From positions 8,060,001 to 8,124,000 of the forward strand of contig JBHGNT010000013.1 of the NCBI GenBank assembly GCA_043228905.1: DNA of 64,000 nt. The letters are read 5' to 3'. This stretch comes from Azolla caroliniana (lineage: Eukaryota > Plantae > Polypodiophyta). Of this stretch, positions 46,709 through 59,480 are shown piece after piece. The stretch's first letter is position 1; every line of letters starts with the position of its first letter. Below the pieces are notes generated by a model. The model searched no databases. It was not told where the DNA came from and was given only the letters and a program-made list of their open reading frames with translations. A program made the position numbers and the translations under genes.

Positions 46709-49625
46709 AATACACTCATGGAATTCACGATGTTTTCTACTTCTCTTTCTTTGAATCTTATATTCTTATGTTCCTCAAATTCCTTATCCTCCTAGTCAAT
46801 AACCTCAGCGATTCCCGCCCGACTGACAAAACAATCTGACGTCGAAAGGCACAACACATTTGGTGAACCCACTGTGAAAGACGTTTGGCAAGGAGACGCA
46901 GAATTAACAAGAGGTGAGCAACATGATGACAATGTTCGAGCAGATGTTGCAGGAGCAACGTGTGATGTTCGAGCGACTCTTGCAACGGAACATGCAATTG
47001 AATGGAAAGGACGTGCCACGTTATCTACGGGACTACCCGACAGAGATGCTGCGATGCGGGATATCAGAAGGATTGCAAGTGACCTCCTTCAATTGGGTGG
47101 CTACAGATGGGCTTCAATGGAGTATCCACAGGATATGACAATAAAATCCGACGTGGGTGGCGTTTGAAGAAGCGTTGAAGACTACATTCGCTATCGAGGA
47201 CTCCTCCAAGGTAATGCAGAGGGGATTCGAAGATTGGGTGGAATCACCAAACAAGGGACTAAAGGTCCTCGATGTGTTTTCAACATTCGAAAGTCGATTC
47301 AGGAGGTTGTCCGTGAGAGATCAAGCTATCCTTGTACCGAACAAAGTGATCATGTTCTTACGAGTTGTGGATGTCTGGAACCGGAAAGATCTTGGAGTGC
47401 TTCTAGAGGATACAACTACTAAGAGTGGCATCACAAGTACATGGGAAAATGTGGAGGACATCGTCCCTTGATACATGGGAAAGAGGGGGCAATGGCTCGG
47501 TGATGAAGAAAAGAGAACTACGGAATTGACGTTGAGGCCAATGTTGGTAGCTGAAGACCACTAACCATGGGCTGAAGAGACTACGACCGAGAAGGGAATC
47601 CATGTAACCGCGGAGGCGTAGTTGCTAAAGGAGATGGGGAACCTTAAAATTGTCATGGTGAAGAAATCAAAAGACCATCCCTGAAATTCCAAGTATATGG
47701 ACCGTCAATGCATATGGTGCGATAGCACCGAACATGATCGGAAGGATTGCAATGAACACAAGCAGGATCTACGATGGGATCTCATCTACTATGAGGGAAA
47801 TTGGATCCAATTGATGGACTCTTAGAAGCCACTTTGGCTGAATTTTCGAAAATGCAGCATGAAGAAGGTCCTAAAGGAGGAGATAGAGGAAAAAAGCAAT
47901 TATGCGACAAACACGGGAATACGTGTAGGTGAGGCATCTTTCTAGCTAGAAGTGCTAGAAATCTCCGAGAAAACCAACTCTGATGAAATCTGGAGAACAA
48001 TGGAAGGCATCTGGGAAGCTCCGGGATGGGAGTGCCCCATAGATAAAAATAGAGTATATGCCTTATGTCAATTACAAGAGGTGTATGTAGACGAGAAGCG
48101 ATAATGCACGGATGATGCGGCCGGACCATCGAAGACACTGGAGAGCAAGAACTCCGAAGGGAAAGGAAAAGGTAAAATGATTCCGGAATTCAAACTTGCC
48201 TCAGACATCGATCAACAAACGAATTTAAAGGTGTTTGAAGAGAGAATCCTTGATAGTCGAGTGGAATTTCCCCTCCGAGAATTGCTCAGAATTGCAAAGA
48301 AAGAGCTCCACTATCTCTTTGTGGATCTCGTGAAAAGAAAGAGGTAGGCCATGGAAGATTCAAATGCTCCAAGGGTGAATGCGAATACTATTCTAATGAA
48401 TGACACGGAAGCGGAGGATGAGATTCCGAACTCCTAGTACACAACCCACACTAGGCACGAGCAACAATGGAAACGCCGATCCGAATTGGAAACATTAGAG
48501 AGCCCGTGATTACATTGATTGATCATGGATTGGAGATCAATCTCATGTCCAAGGAGTTCTACCAGAAGAGGAAGTTGCCTATTAACACCAGTCATGGATG
48601 GAAGATCAGGGCAATCACAAAAGCAATGGAAGATCTATCTGCGGCTTGTCTAGATGTGATGGTGAAGATCAGAGATGTGGAGATTGACCAAAATTTCTTC
48701 ATGCATGATGAGGTCTCACATTCCGTGATCCTCGGGCAACCCTTCATTACGGCTTCACTGATGGAAACAAAGGTGCTCGACAATGGAGTAGATTTTGCAA
48801 GAATTTGCAGCCAAAGCGGAGGGAAAACTGTTCAATTCGTGACTATGCCATCTAATCATGAAAGGAACAAGAGAGAGCTCTTGTACCAAACAATACTGGA
48901 TTTTTAAAGCAGATTGTTGTGGAATGGGGAAGTGATAGTATGAGAAGCCTTGATACCCCAAACAAGAGGAAAACTCTTGGAGCAAAACAAGTGCAAATTA
49001 GTTCAGATGGGGCATCTACGTACATAGTCGTGACCAGAGTAATGAGAAAAGAATTCTGGAAGATGCAGGATGAGTTGTAGCATGCATCAATAATAAAAGA
49101 AGAAGAAGAAATCACGTGAGTAGTCGAAGAAATGTTCTATGTAAGCATGCTAACAACGACTCGAAGAGCTTATGGAAGAGAATAGCTAGGGAGAATGGGT
49201 AGTTCCAATGGAATCGGTTAAGATGTACGAGATCATTGTGAACATGGGGACGGATGCGTTCCGAAAAGAAGAAGCAATGGTATGTACGAAATATAAGACC
49301 GTGGAAGAGAAGGTGAAACCGCCTGCAAGACCGTTACTTGCCAATAGTGAACAAAAGAGGAAAGACGTCTCAAGTGATCCGACACTTCGGAAGTCCATGG
49401 ATATTGGACATAAATTTACAAATGAGACCCGGAACAAACTCTGGATTGGTGTAGGTGGGTTCCTCTTACAGAATGAAGAAGAACGATTTTGAGAGATGTT
49501 GGAGCAACATGGCAAAGCATTCACATTCTCATCAAAAGAGATTGGGATCATTGATCCGAAGATAGTGGGGCCGATGGTGATCTTCACGATTGAAAATGTG
49601 TCATGGAACCTAAGCCGATTCCGGT
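46709..49625 (+). mobile_element. Element G: decayed gypsy element (LTR end, PBS, gag, protease, start of pol)
   Basis: LTR end CAACA at 46856; PBS TGGTGAACCC at 46861-46870 (tRNA-Trp type); CIWCDSTEHDRKDC knuckle near 47708-47750; LIDHGLEINLM and VILGQPF protease motifs; TKYKTVEEKVKP. Confidence 0.75.
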
Positions 49626-49629
49626 GGCA

Positions 49630-49955
49630 TGGGCGCATTGATGAGTTTACAGAAGCATGGCCAAGCAAACGGTGCACTTCTCAAGATGCACGTCTTTTAG
49701 CTCCGGAATAAGATTAACTTCGATAAGTCTTTGTATTCCTTTTTGGCTCATGTGACACAACCTCCTCTGCCACAACTCACACGTAGTGTTGATACCATGT
49801 TCACTTCTTCCCGGCATATCCGGGCATGCATCAAGTACAACGTGTTGATCTTTCGGGTTCGAGCCATGATCAGGCTTCCTTTGCAAAACTTCATGACTCC
49901 GTTCCGAATGTTACCCATGTAGCCTTCATCATCTAGGCGATTGGCTGATATCAGG
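49630..49955 (-). pseudogene. Copia GAG-pre-integrase fragment
   Basis: ELWQRRLCHMSQKG..EKCTVCLA; near copy of 55700-56000 and 59090-59390. Confidence 0.85.
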
Positions 49956-50269
49956 GTTTTTAAAGATTGCCTAAAGTGTGTGGCAGTTCATCAGGGGTTG
50001 TTTGAGGTGGACTCAAGTTTAGATCTTATTTGTGTGTCATAACCTAAGTAGTGATATAGTTTAAGGGGAATAGAAAAGCGAGGGCGTGGGAGGGGGGGCT
50101 AGGGGAGTGTATCTTGTTTAAGATATCAAAAATATTTAAACCTAATCAAAGTTTTTAGAACATATTAAAGATCATTGGGATAACTTAAGTTATTAAACAC
50201 CAATAGAGTATTATTAAAACACCAATATAGAGTATTATTATAACAGAACCACATTCTAAAATGAAAGGG

Positions 50270-50665
50270 AGTTGTTTAAACAAATACTTAAATAAGAAAA
50301 CTCTTGGGCAAACACTTAAAGCAAGGTTATGATTAAAAGAGAAGGGAGGGATTATGATTAAAGAAAAGGGGTCATAGCTAAGAAGAGGATGATTATGATT
50401 AAGAGAGGAGAATACTTAAACAAATGTTTAAACAAAAAGTTAGACCAAAAAATGATTGAACAAGTACTTAAAAAAAGGGGTTAAACAAGTACTTAAAAAA
50501 AGGGGTTAAACAAGTACTTAATAAAAATGATTATTAAACAAGTACTTAATAAAAAATGATTAAATAAATATTTAAAAACTTAAGACAATAAAAATTTGAC
50601 AAAAAAGTGATTAAACAAGTACTTAATAAAAATTGATTAAATAAGTACTTAAGAACTTAAGAAAA
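50270..50665. repeat. AT-rich tandem repeats (TTAAACAAGTACTTAA.. units) in the PLE 3' region
   Basis: At least six AAACAAGTACTTAA-like units between 50455 and 50650. Confidence 0.8.
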
Positions 50666-50722
50666 AAAACTACATGAGAGCAACACATAGAAGGAAAGAA
50701 AGTTTTACTATCATGAGGCAAT

Positions 50723-50770
50723 GATCGGCAAATGCATTTCGCCTCGATGGAGGCTCTTTAGTGCCCGATG
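50723..50770 (-). ncRNA. Type I minimal hammerhead ribozyme motif (one core mutation)
   Basis: Minus strand ATCGGGCA-CTAAAGA-GCCTC-CATC-GAGGC-GAAA-TGCA-TT-TGCCGAT: stem I, CTGANGA core with G>A, stem II, GAAA, palindromic ATGCAT helix III. Confidence 0.78.
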
Positions 50771-51022
50771 TACAAATGATGAAAAACTAAGTCTACTAGG
50801 TTGCTCTTTTTATAGGGAGAGGGAGGAGAGTCCTTTGTATGTGGGACATACAAAAGTGTGTACAAATGGAAGGTAAAAGAGTGTACACAAGACTTTAGGT
50901 GGGGGTTAAGAGGGGTGAGATTACATAAAACTTTAGGTGGGGGGAAAGAATGAGTGTACTAGGTGGTTTCTTAGTTTTTTACCATTTAGCGAACACATGA
51001 GAGGGGGTGTAAGGGAACTATA

Positions 51023-52893
51023 TTATGGTCGTCCTAGAAGGGGTTTAAGTTTGTTTCTCACGAGCGCTCGGATTTGGAGTTTTTTGATACATGGGGAGTA
51101 ATGAAGCTTAAAAACAATGGGTGGAGATTTTTTGTTGTTGGGTTGGTTAGAGAGTAGTTGGTTTCGTATGGAGTAGGGGATGGTCGAAAAACACTTGATT
51201 AGGAACTTCGACGGGTAGCCCCTAGCCCTTTGGCGGTCGTAGAACTTTTTGCGTAGTTCCATGTAGCCATTTTCCGTGCTCTCCTGGATAGCATACCGTT
51301 CTAGGTCTCCCGTGATGAAGCCCTTTTTGTGTGCTATGGGGTGCGAGGATTTCCACGGGAGGTACATGTAGGTATTGAGAGGTTTTTGGTGGCATGCGGT
51401 GTCGAGGATGCCAAATTCTTTAAAGTATGGACCTTTGAAGAAGACGACGTCCAGGATGGTGATATCTTAAGGGGAGGTTATTGATTCAATACGGATGTGT
51501 TGTTGTAGAGGCACACCGTATTGGTGTAAGAAGGTGTGAAGCATATTGGGGGAGCCTTCCAAACTCCTATAGCGTCATCAATGTAGCGTTTGTAGTAGAG
51601 TAGTTGCGGTGTTTGGAAAGCTAGGTTGTCGTCCTCTAGCTGCGAAAGAAACAATCAAGCGTAAACAATGGAAAAATTATTACCCATTGCAGTGCCTTTA
51701 ATTTGTAACCAAAAAGCATTATTAAAGGAGAGAAAATTGTTTCTAAGTATAAGTTCGGTGACACTCATAATGATTTTGGTTTTGTGTGGTGGGAAATGAT
51801 GTGAGATAGATTTATTAAACACCAATAGACCTTCCGGGGTAGGTATACTAGGATATAGTGACACTATGACAAAAGAAAACAACGTGCAAGTTTTGGGGAA
51901 GGTGTGGTGTGCTAGGTCCTTAACAAGTGTTAAGGAGTCTTTGAGGTGTTGTTTTTTAGACAATAAGACAAGATATAGTAGATGGTGTAGCCATTTAGAG
52001 GCTCTTTCGAAAACATAATTGTTGTAGGCACAAATAGTGCGTCCTACAACAGTGGGTTTGTGGATTTTGGGGATGATGTAGAAACCATGTTTGGGTTTCT
52101 AAAGGAGGAATCTAATTTCCTCCTTGGAGAGGTGGGGGGAACCTTTTAGGCAGAGGTGTTCAAGTGGGTTGTGGAGAGTTGATAGGGGGACTTCTTTGAC
52201 GGGGGTGTAAGTGTTTTTGTCGTTGAGCTGTCTAAGGCATTCGTTAAGGTACCACTCCTTAGAGAGAATGCACGTGGCTAGATTTTTATCCGCGGGTTTA
52301 ATAACTATGTCTTGATTGTTTTTGAGATTATGTAGTGCAGTTCTAAAGTTCCTATGAGGGTGAGGTTGGATGGTGGGTGGGGAGGGGAGGGCTGAGGTGA
52401 TAGATGTGATGGTTTGTGTGATTTCTGGCACGGTTGGGGGATTCCAACTGGGGTTCGGTATTCTAAATGGAGAGATAATGTTAGTAGAGTTTCTAAAGAA
52501 ATATCTGAGGTAGTAGGTTCTATCCAAGGATGCAACGACATCTATCAAGTGTTGTTTTCTAATAGGTTGGGGTGGGGGAATAAAGTCTAGACCTAAGCTT
52601 AGAAGTTTGAGTTGGGGTGGAGGAAGGTGGAAAGAGGAAAGGTTGTGCAATGAGTGATTAGTGATCCTATTCTCGAGTTGGGAGGGTGTTTGCCTTCCCA
52701 GTAAAATGTGGAGGTAGTTTAACGGTTGAAGAAGTGGGAGCCAATGTAATGTTCTAAGTCTACCCCTACGTACTTTCCTGGCAGAGGATTTAGTTTTGGT
52801 CCCATGGTGCGTGTGTTGGGTGCGGGTTGTGGGACTGGGGATCGGGGGTAAGGTGTGGGTCGTGGAACTGGGGGTCGAGGGACTAAGGGTCAA
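51023..52893 (-). pseudogene. Penelope-type reverse transcriptase with C-terminal extension
   Basis: HNLS..L..LSLGLDFIP, IVIKPADKN, FYIIPKIHK, SLYPSIP, QIKGTAMG, YKRYIDD (about 51575-51595), YLPWKSSHP..KKGFI. Confidence 0.9.
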
Positions 52894-53065
52894 GGATAGG
52901 ACCGTGTGGTGGACTTGATGGTCTCAAGGTGAGACATTGATTGTTTCATAGGTGGGGGTAGGGAGGTAGGTACATTCATCGGGACAAATATAGGGTACGT
53001 GGGGGTATGGGATGTGTAGGTGGTACGAGATAAGCATAGCTTTGTCCATAACTTGGGATAAAGGA

Positions 53066-54487
53066 CTAGGTCCTTAAGAAGGAGGTGGGGGTAGTGGGGG
53101 ATCGATTTGATGTTTTGTGTGTTCTTGTGCCCCCGTTTTTTGTCGGGGGCATAGCCATGTGTTTTGGATGTGTGTTGGGGTTTTCCTTATTAATTTTCTC
53201 TAGGAACGGTTTAAGGTAATTGTCTACTTGATTCTTGATCTTTTTTAGCCCATCATCTATTAGAGGATGTATTGTTTTTTCTTTGTCCATTGTCATGGAT
53301 TTCGAGATGATGGCGTCCTGGGCTAATTTATTAGCTGCTTTAGTTTTAGCTTCTAAGGAAATCTGTATGCTAAATTCTAAGGTGGCTTGTTCTAGGTGGC
53401 TATAAAATTTAGCAAAAGTTTCATTTTTCCAATGTTGGAGTTTTTCCTCCCATTGGTGTGATCCGAGAGCATTGATACAATGTCTTGGAGTCTTTGCTCA
53501 ACCGTGGTGGGGAACTTGTTGATAGTTTCGGTAAAAATAATAGCTAGGGTATTTTGGGTCTCTGTTAACACTAAGGTGCAAATTTTTTTATATTCTGCAG
53601 TGAGATCGTTTAGTTTTTTATTGAGGATATTTTGTGCGTTTTCGTTACTTATCGTTACCCTAGGAGGGTTAATGCGCAATGAGTTAGGGATGAAGTTCTC
53701 CTTGAGATCGGTTTCATATTTATGGAGTACTTCTTGGGCTCTATGGCGTTTAGACAAGAGTTCTTTATATTCCAATACGGAGCCTTGGCAAATGGTGTCA
53801 AAGTGGATGGGAATAGGCAAGTTTTCTAAAGAGTTTTTGTGCCTTGAGGGGCGGGTTTGAGTTTTCTATGCTAGTTTTTCCCTTTTCTTGTGTGTTTGGG
53901 TTTGTTATTTTCCTTTTACCTTTGTCTTGTGGACACGGGTTTGTGTGCGTGTGGTGGTCGCTAGAGGATGCCTGGGCGTGTTCAAAAAGAGGTTTTGTTA
54001 TTGTAGGCATGCAAAGGGAATCTCCACCACCCCATTCTAGGGGAGGTGAGCTGAAGGTATCAAACAACTTGTGAAAGAAGATGACCTTCTTTGTGGGCGA
54101 GAGTTTGGTGATGAATTCTTTATAACCTTCCGTTTTAAGGTCTTCTAAATTTTCTATGAGTGAACTAAAGAGATTTTTGGGGGAGGGGGAGGGAAGGCTT
54201 TCCGTGGTACTCGGGCTAGTTGGGGCCAAATCTAGTTGTAGTGTCCTAGTTGGCGGGGGAATTTTTTTAGGTGCGGATTTGGGGTTAAGGCACACATCAT
54301 ATAGATGTTGGATGTGACATGTGACTTCGTTATTTATAAATAAACAAGAAAGAGGGTGGGGAGAGGGAGCTTCCCTTTTTACAACGGTTGTTTGAGTGTT
54401 GGCGAGGGCTTGAGAGTTGCGATTGGTAGCGGTCGTCATTGGTGGAGAATCCGGCACAAAGTCGATGGTGGTTATGGGTGGATCCAT
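53066..54487 (-). pseudogene. PLE upstream ORF (helical/coiled-coil, function unknown), fragmented
   Basis: Three consecutive minus-strand fragments; FIPNSLRINPP resembles the PLE N-terminal IP..L motif. Confidence 0.55.
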
Positions 54488-55142
54488 GGGTGTGGTGTGT
54501 CAACGTTGAGTGGATCGTGTTTTGGGTCCTCCTATTGAGACGTTTGTGGCCATGTATCTGTATTGGAACAAAAGAGGAGAGAGAGGAGAGAAGGGGAGAA
54601 GAAGAGGGAAAGATATGAGGAAGGGAAATATGGTAGTGTGGGGTAGGATGGAGCGTATGTTTAGTAGGTTAGGGTTTAGGGTTTTGTAATAGTTGCTAGT
54701 TTTTGTAGGGGGTAAAGTTATTAGTATGGCGGATTGAAAGAGTAAGAGAAGTAGAGGGTAGAAAAACAAGTTTATGGGGGTGTACGACTACTAGGAGGTA
54801 TAGTATATATGATGTAATAGAAAATAAAAATTTATGTTGGTATATGACTACTAGGGGTATAATATATGTGATATGAAGTGATGAGTGGCAAGCACTAGGG
54901 GTATAATATATCTACGGATTTTTAAGATTGCTTAAAGTGTGCACCACTTCATCGGGGGTTGTTGTATGTCTAAACCTAAGTAGTGATATAGTTTTAGGGG
55001 AATAGAAAAGCGAGGGCGTGGGTGGGGGTTCGGGGAGTGTAGCTTGTTTAAGATATCAAAAGTATTTAAACCTAATCAAATTTTTTCGAACATATTAAAG
55101 ATCATTGGGATAACTTAAGTTTTAAACTTAAGAGAGACAACT

Positions 55143-58100
55143 AAACACCTTCAGATCCCGGTAAGACATGTCTTTAACGGTACATACGCTCTGTGGTGTG
55201 TCTCCGTCCAAGGGTGCTAAGAGTGATCGGTTTATCAAGTAAGTCGCCGTCATCAACACCTTAGCCCAAAACGTCTTGGACAACTTAGCAAGTGCCAACA
55301 TTTCTCCGAACTATCCTCATCATAGTCTGGTTCATACTTTCGGCCAGTCCATTCAGCTCCAGTGTCTTTGGCACAACGAATTTGAGTCGGATTCCCATCA
55401 ACCAACAATACTCCTCGAACTTCCCCCGGTATTCTCTTCCGTTGTTCGCTCGAACTGTTTTCAGCTTCCGGCTGGTTTCCCTTTCCACCCTCATGTGGAA
55501 TTCCTTGAAGGCGGATAATACCTGGTCCTTCATTTTTAGTGGTAAGACCCACAACTTCAGGTTATGGTCGTCTATGAACGTCATGAAGTACTACATCCGG
55601 CATGTGACTTCGTGTCCACTTGGCATACATCGGTATGCACAAGTTCCAGCGGTGCATTTCGTCTCGACGGTGATCGGGTTCAGAAGGAGGTTCCGTTCTG
55701 CTTGCCGGCCAAGCAATCGGTGCACTTCTCAAGATGCATGTCTTTCAGCTCCAGAATAAGGTTATCTTCGGTAAGTCTTTGCATTCCTTTTTGGCTCATG
55801 TGACACAACCTCCTCTGCCACAACTCACAGGTAGTGTCGATACCATGTTCACTTCTTCCCGGCATATCCGGGCATGCATAAGGTACAACGTTGATCTTCC
55901 GAGTTTGGGCCGCGATCAAGCTTCCTTTGCAAAACTTCATGATTCTGTTCTGGATGTTACCCATGTAGCCTTAATCATCTAGCCGATTGGCTGATATCAG
56001 GTTCAACCGAACCTCTAAAACATGTCATACATCTTTTAGTAGCAACTTGCACCCGGTTGACATCGTCAACCACACGTCTCCTATGGCGATAATTCTGCAT
56101 GCACCTTCATTTCCCATCCGGAGAGAACTTTATCTCCGGCTTTGTAAGATGAGAAGCATTTCCGGTCGGGGGTCAGATGGAACGACGCGCCGGAGTCGGC
56201 GACCCACGTCGTTTCGTCGCTAACAAGATGTAGTTGGTTTTCCTCGGTGATGAGCAACAATTGTTCTTGACTTGTCACGATTTCTGACGTTCCCCTCCTT
56301 TCCGAAATCTTCCTCAGTTCCAGAATGTCGGCTCCCCCTTTGTCTTTCTGGAAGTGTCGGTAATTCTTTTGGAAGTGCCTCGGCTTTCCGTAATAAAAGC
56401 AAGTGGGCCTCCCCCTTGACTTCAAGCTCATCCCTGATTTGTCCTGGTTTTGGGGACTCTGATTTCGGCCTCTTCCCCGGTTATGGTCGTCTTCCGTAAC
56501 CAAGGTTGTCGGATTGGTTCTGGACTCACGGTCCTTCTGCGAGCTTCTTCGTTTAGCAGACTAAACTTAACTATCGCTAGATATAAGTTCTTTCGCTCTG
56601 CTCCAACATTGGCTCCCAGCTCTTCGGGAGGGATCCGAGCAATAAAAGTGCTCGTACCTCATCGAGCAACGGTACTTCGTGCGAGGTAGTCTGGTTTATT
56701 TGTCCTTCAAAGGCGTTCATATGCTCTGCCATGTTGGCGCTGTCTTGATACCGGAGCCTCGCTATCTTCCGGAATACTAAGACCCGATTTACAATGATCT
56801 TATTCTCCAACATCGTGTTGATCTTCTCCCAAAGCTCATTGGCCTTGTTCTCCACGATACGGCTCCCCCTGCATAAGTCATGACATATCCACATGTAGAC
56901 TGCTTGGTATCCGCATCAGGCGACATATCCGAATTCGTGAATTTTTCAAGTTGGGGTTTTGCTGAGCCGAATTGGAGGCACATACTAAAGGTGCCTTTCA
57001 AGTACCGGAGTATCCATTTGACCGCGGTCTACTGTTCTCTTCTCGGATTTCTCATGAACTAGCTGACCACTCCAATTGCATATCCAATATCTAACCGGGT
57101 ACACATCATTGCATACATCAGGCTTCTGATGTTAGAGGCATATGGTATCTTCATCATCTCTATCTTCTACATCGTGGTCTTCAGACTTTGCTTTCTGAAC
57201 AACTTGTTGTTTGCCGAAAGTGTTGACCTAACCGGCTACGCATTCGTCATGTTAAACCGTTGAAGCACCTTTTGCACGTACTTCACCTGTGACAGCCAGA
57301 TTAACTTCTTCGTCCAGTCCTAGACTATGTGCATCCCCAATATTTGTCTCGCCGGACCCATATCTTTCATTAAGAAGGTCTAGTTCAAGGCCTTCTTCAT
57401 ATTACCGATTTTGATTCGGTCCGGTCCGACGATCAACATGTCATTCACATAAAGTAAAAGTGTCCAGAAGTCGCCTCCGTCAAATTTCTTCACGAATACA
57501 CAGTGGTCGGCTCACGTCTTGTGGTATCCCTGATTGGTCATGAAGGAGTCAAATTCCGGTACCATTGTTGGGGAGCTTGCTTCAGTCCGTATAAGCTCTT
57601 CTTAAACTAGCACAGCATGTGCTCCTTCCCTTTCTTGACGAATCCTTCCGGTTGCTACAAGTAGATCTCCTCTTCGAGTTCTCCATGAAGGAAGCCCGTC
57701 TTCGCATCTAGTTGTTCTACCTCGAGGTCCATGCTTGCCGCTATGCTCAATACTGTTCGGATGGACGTCATCTTGAGTACTAGGGCAAAGACGTCATCGA
57801 AGTCCACTCCTTTCTTTTCTTGGAAGCCCTTCACTAGAATGCAGGCTTTGTACCTTGGTGGATTTCCACTGTCTCCTAGTTTCAGCTTGTATACCCACTT
57901 GTTCCGAACCGCTCTTTTTCCTTTCGGTAGCTCCGTCAATTCATATGTGTAGTTTTGATGTAGGGAATCCATCTCATCCTGCGGTGGGTGTCTTTCTTTG
58001 CTTTTTTGAAGCTTTCTCACTCCCCCTCGTAGGTCAACAACACATGCTCCACATCCAGAAATCTCCGGGGGGCTCTTCTCTCCCTTAGAGGATATCTTCT

Positions 58101-59480
58101 TCCTTGGTCTTCGGCCACTGGTTCCTCTGAATATTCTTCATCTGAATCTGATTCGGGGTCTTGTCCGATTCCAGTGTCCAACTCTTCTTCTTCGGTCTGT
58201 TCGGACTCTAGTCCAACTCCGGCTGGTTCTTCAGTTGACGTCCGACTTCTGGCCGGATGGGTCCTTGTTTCTTTCGACTAATCTCGGCCGATCGATCCGG
58301 ATTCCACTATCTTCTTCTCTGACTCCTAGTTGGCATTAGTCTTGTGTTCCATGAAGATTATGTCTATACTCAGGAAGACCTTCTTGTCGACCAAGTCCCA
58401 TACTCGATATGTGAACCCATCATCACCATATCCAAGGAATATGCATGGCCGGGACTTCGGATCCAACTTTTCTCTCATGTCCTTTGCAACATGCAGGTAA
58501 GTGAGATAGTCGAACACCTTCAGATGCCAGTAAGACACGTCTTTACCGGTTCATACTCTCTGTGGTGTGTCTCCACCCAAGGGTGTTGATGTTGATCTGT
58601 TAATCACATACGTCACCGACATCAGCACCTCAGCCCATAACGTCTTAGATAGTTTAGCACGTGCCAACAGGCTCTAGACTCTCTCCATTACGGCCCGGTT
58701 TATCCTTTCAGTCTATCCTTTCAGCTTCGGTGTCTTCGGCACGGTGAATTCGATCCGGATTCCCTTCGACCGACAATACTCAAACTATCCTGGGTATTCA
58801 CCTCCATTGTCTGCTCAAACCGCCTTCAGCTTTCGACTGGTTTCCCTTTCCACTCTCGCATGGAAGTCCTTGAAGACAGATAATACCTGGTCCTTCATCT
58901 TCAGCGGTGAGACCAACAGGTTCCGGCTATGGTCGTTTATGAATGTCACGAAGTACTGTGTTCCGGCATGTGACTTCGTGTCCACTTGGCATACATCGGT
59001 ATGCACAAGTTCCAACGGTGGATTTTGTCTCATTGGTGCATTCTGTCTCATTGGTGGTCTTGACCAAAAAGAGGTTTTGTTCTACTTGCTTGCCAAGAAA
59101 TCGGTGCACTTCTCAATATGCACGTCTTTCACCTTCGGAATGAGGTTGTCCTCGGCAAGTTTCCGCATTCCTTTCTGGCTCATGTGACACAACCTCCTGT
59201 GCCACAACTCATCGGCTTTTTCGGATGCCACGTTTAGATCTTCCTGGCAAATCTGGGCATGCATCCGGTACAACGTGTTGATCTTTCGAGCTCGGACCAC
59301 GATCAGGCTTCCTTTGCAAAACTTCATGACTTCATTCTGGATGCTACCCGTGTAGCTTTTCATCATCTAGCCAACCGGTTGATATCAGGTTCAACCAAAC
59401 CTCCGGACCTTATCAGACATCTTTCAATAGCAACTTGCACCTAGTTGATGTCGTCAATCACACGTCTCCTATGCCGACTA
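55143..59480 (-). pseudogene. Two juxtaposed decayed Copia segments (INT-PR-gag 55143 to ~56850; RH/RT-INT ~56850 to 59480)
   Basis: NNGREY, WVADSGASFH, CFYYGKPRHFQKNY, WVYKLK, QLDAKTGFLHG, LVHTDVC. Confidence 0.9.

Larger units (their letters stand above)
49955..55121 (-). mobile_element. Penelope-like element (PLE), apparently lacking the GIY-YIG endonuclease, with terminal direct repeats (pLTR)
   Basis: PLE-type RT motifs; direct repeat about 49955-50191 and about 54917-55121; hammerhead motif in the 3' region. Confidence 0.85.

Noticed and set aside
50455-50650. Spaced AT-rich repeats resembling a CRISPR array
   Set aside because: Spacers are short and repetitive, there are no cas genes and the context is a eukaryotic TE
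51023-54487. LINE, DIRS or telomerase assignment for this RT
   Set aside because: No APE endonuclease, tyrosine recombinase or poly(A) tail; PADK, PKIHK, G.AMG and SSHP motifs plus the hammerhead fit a PLE
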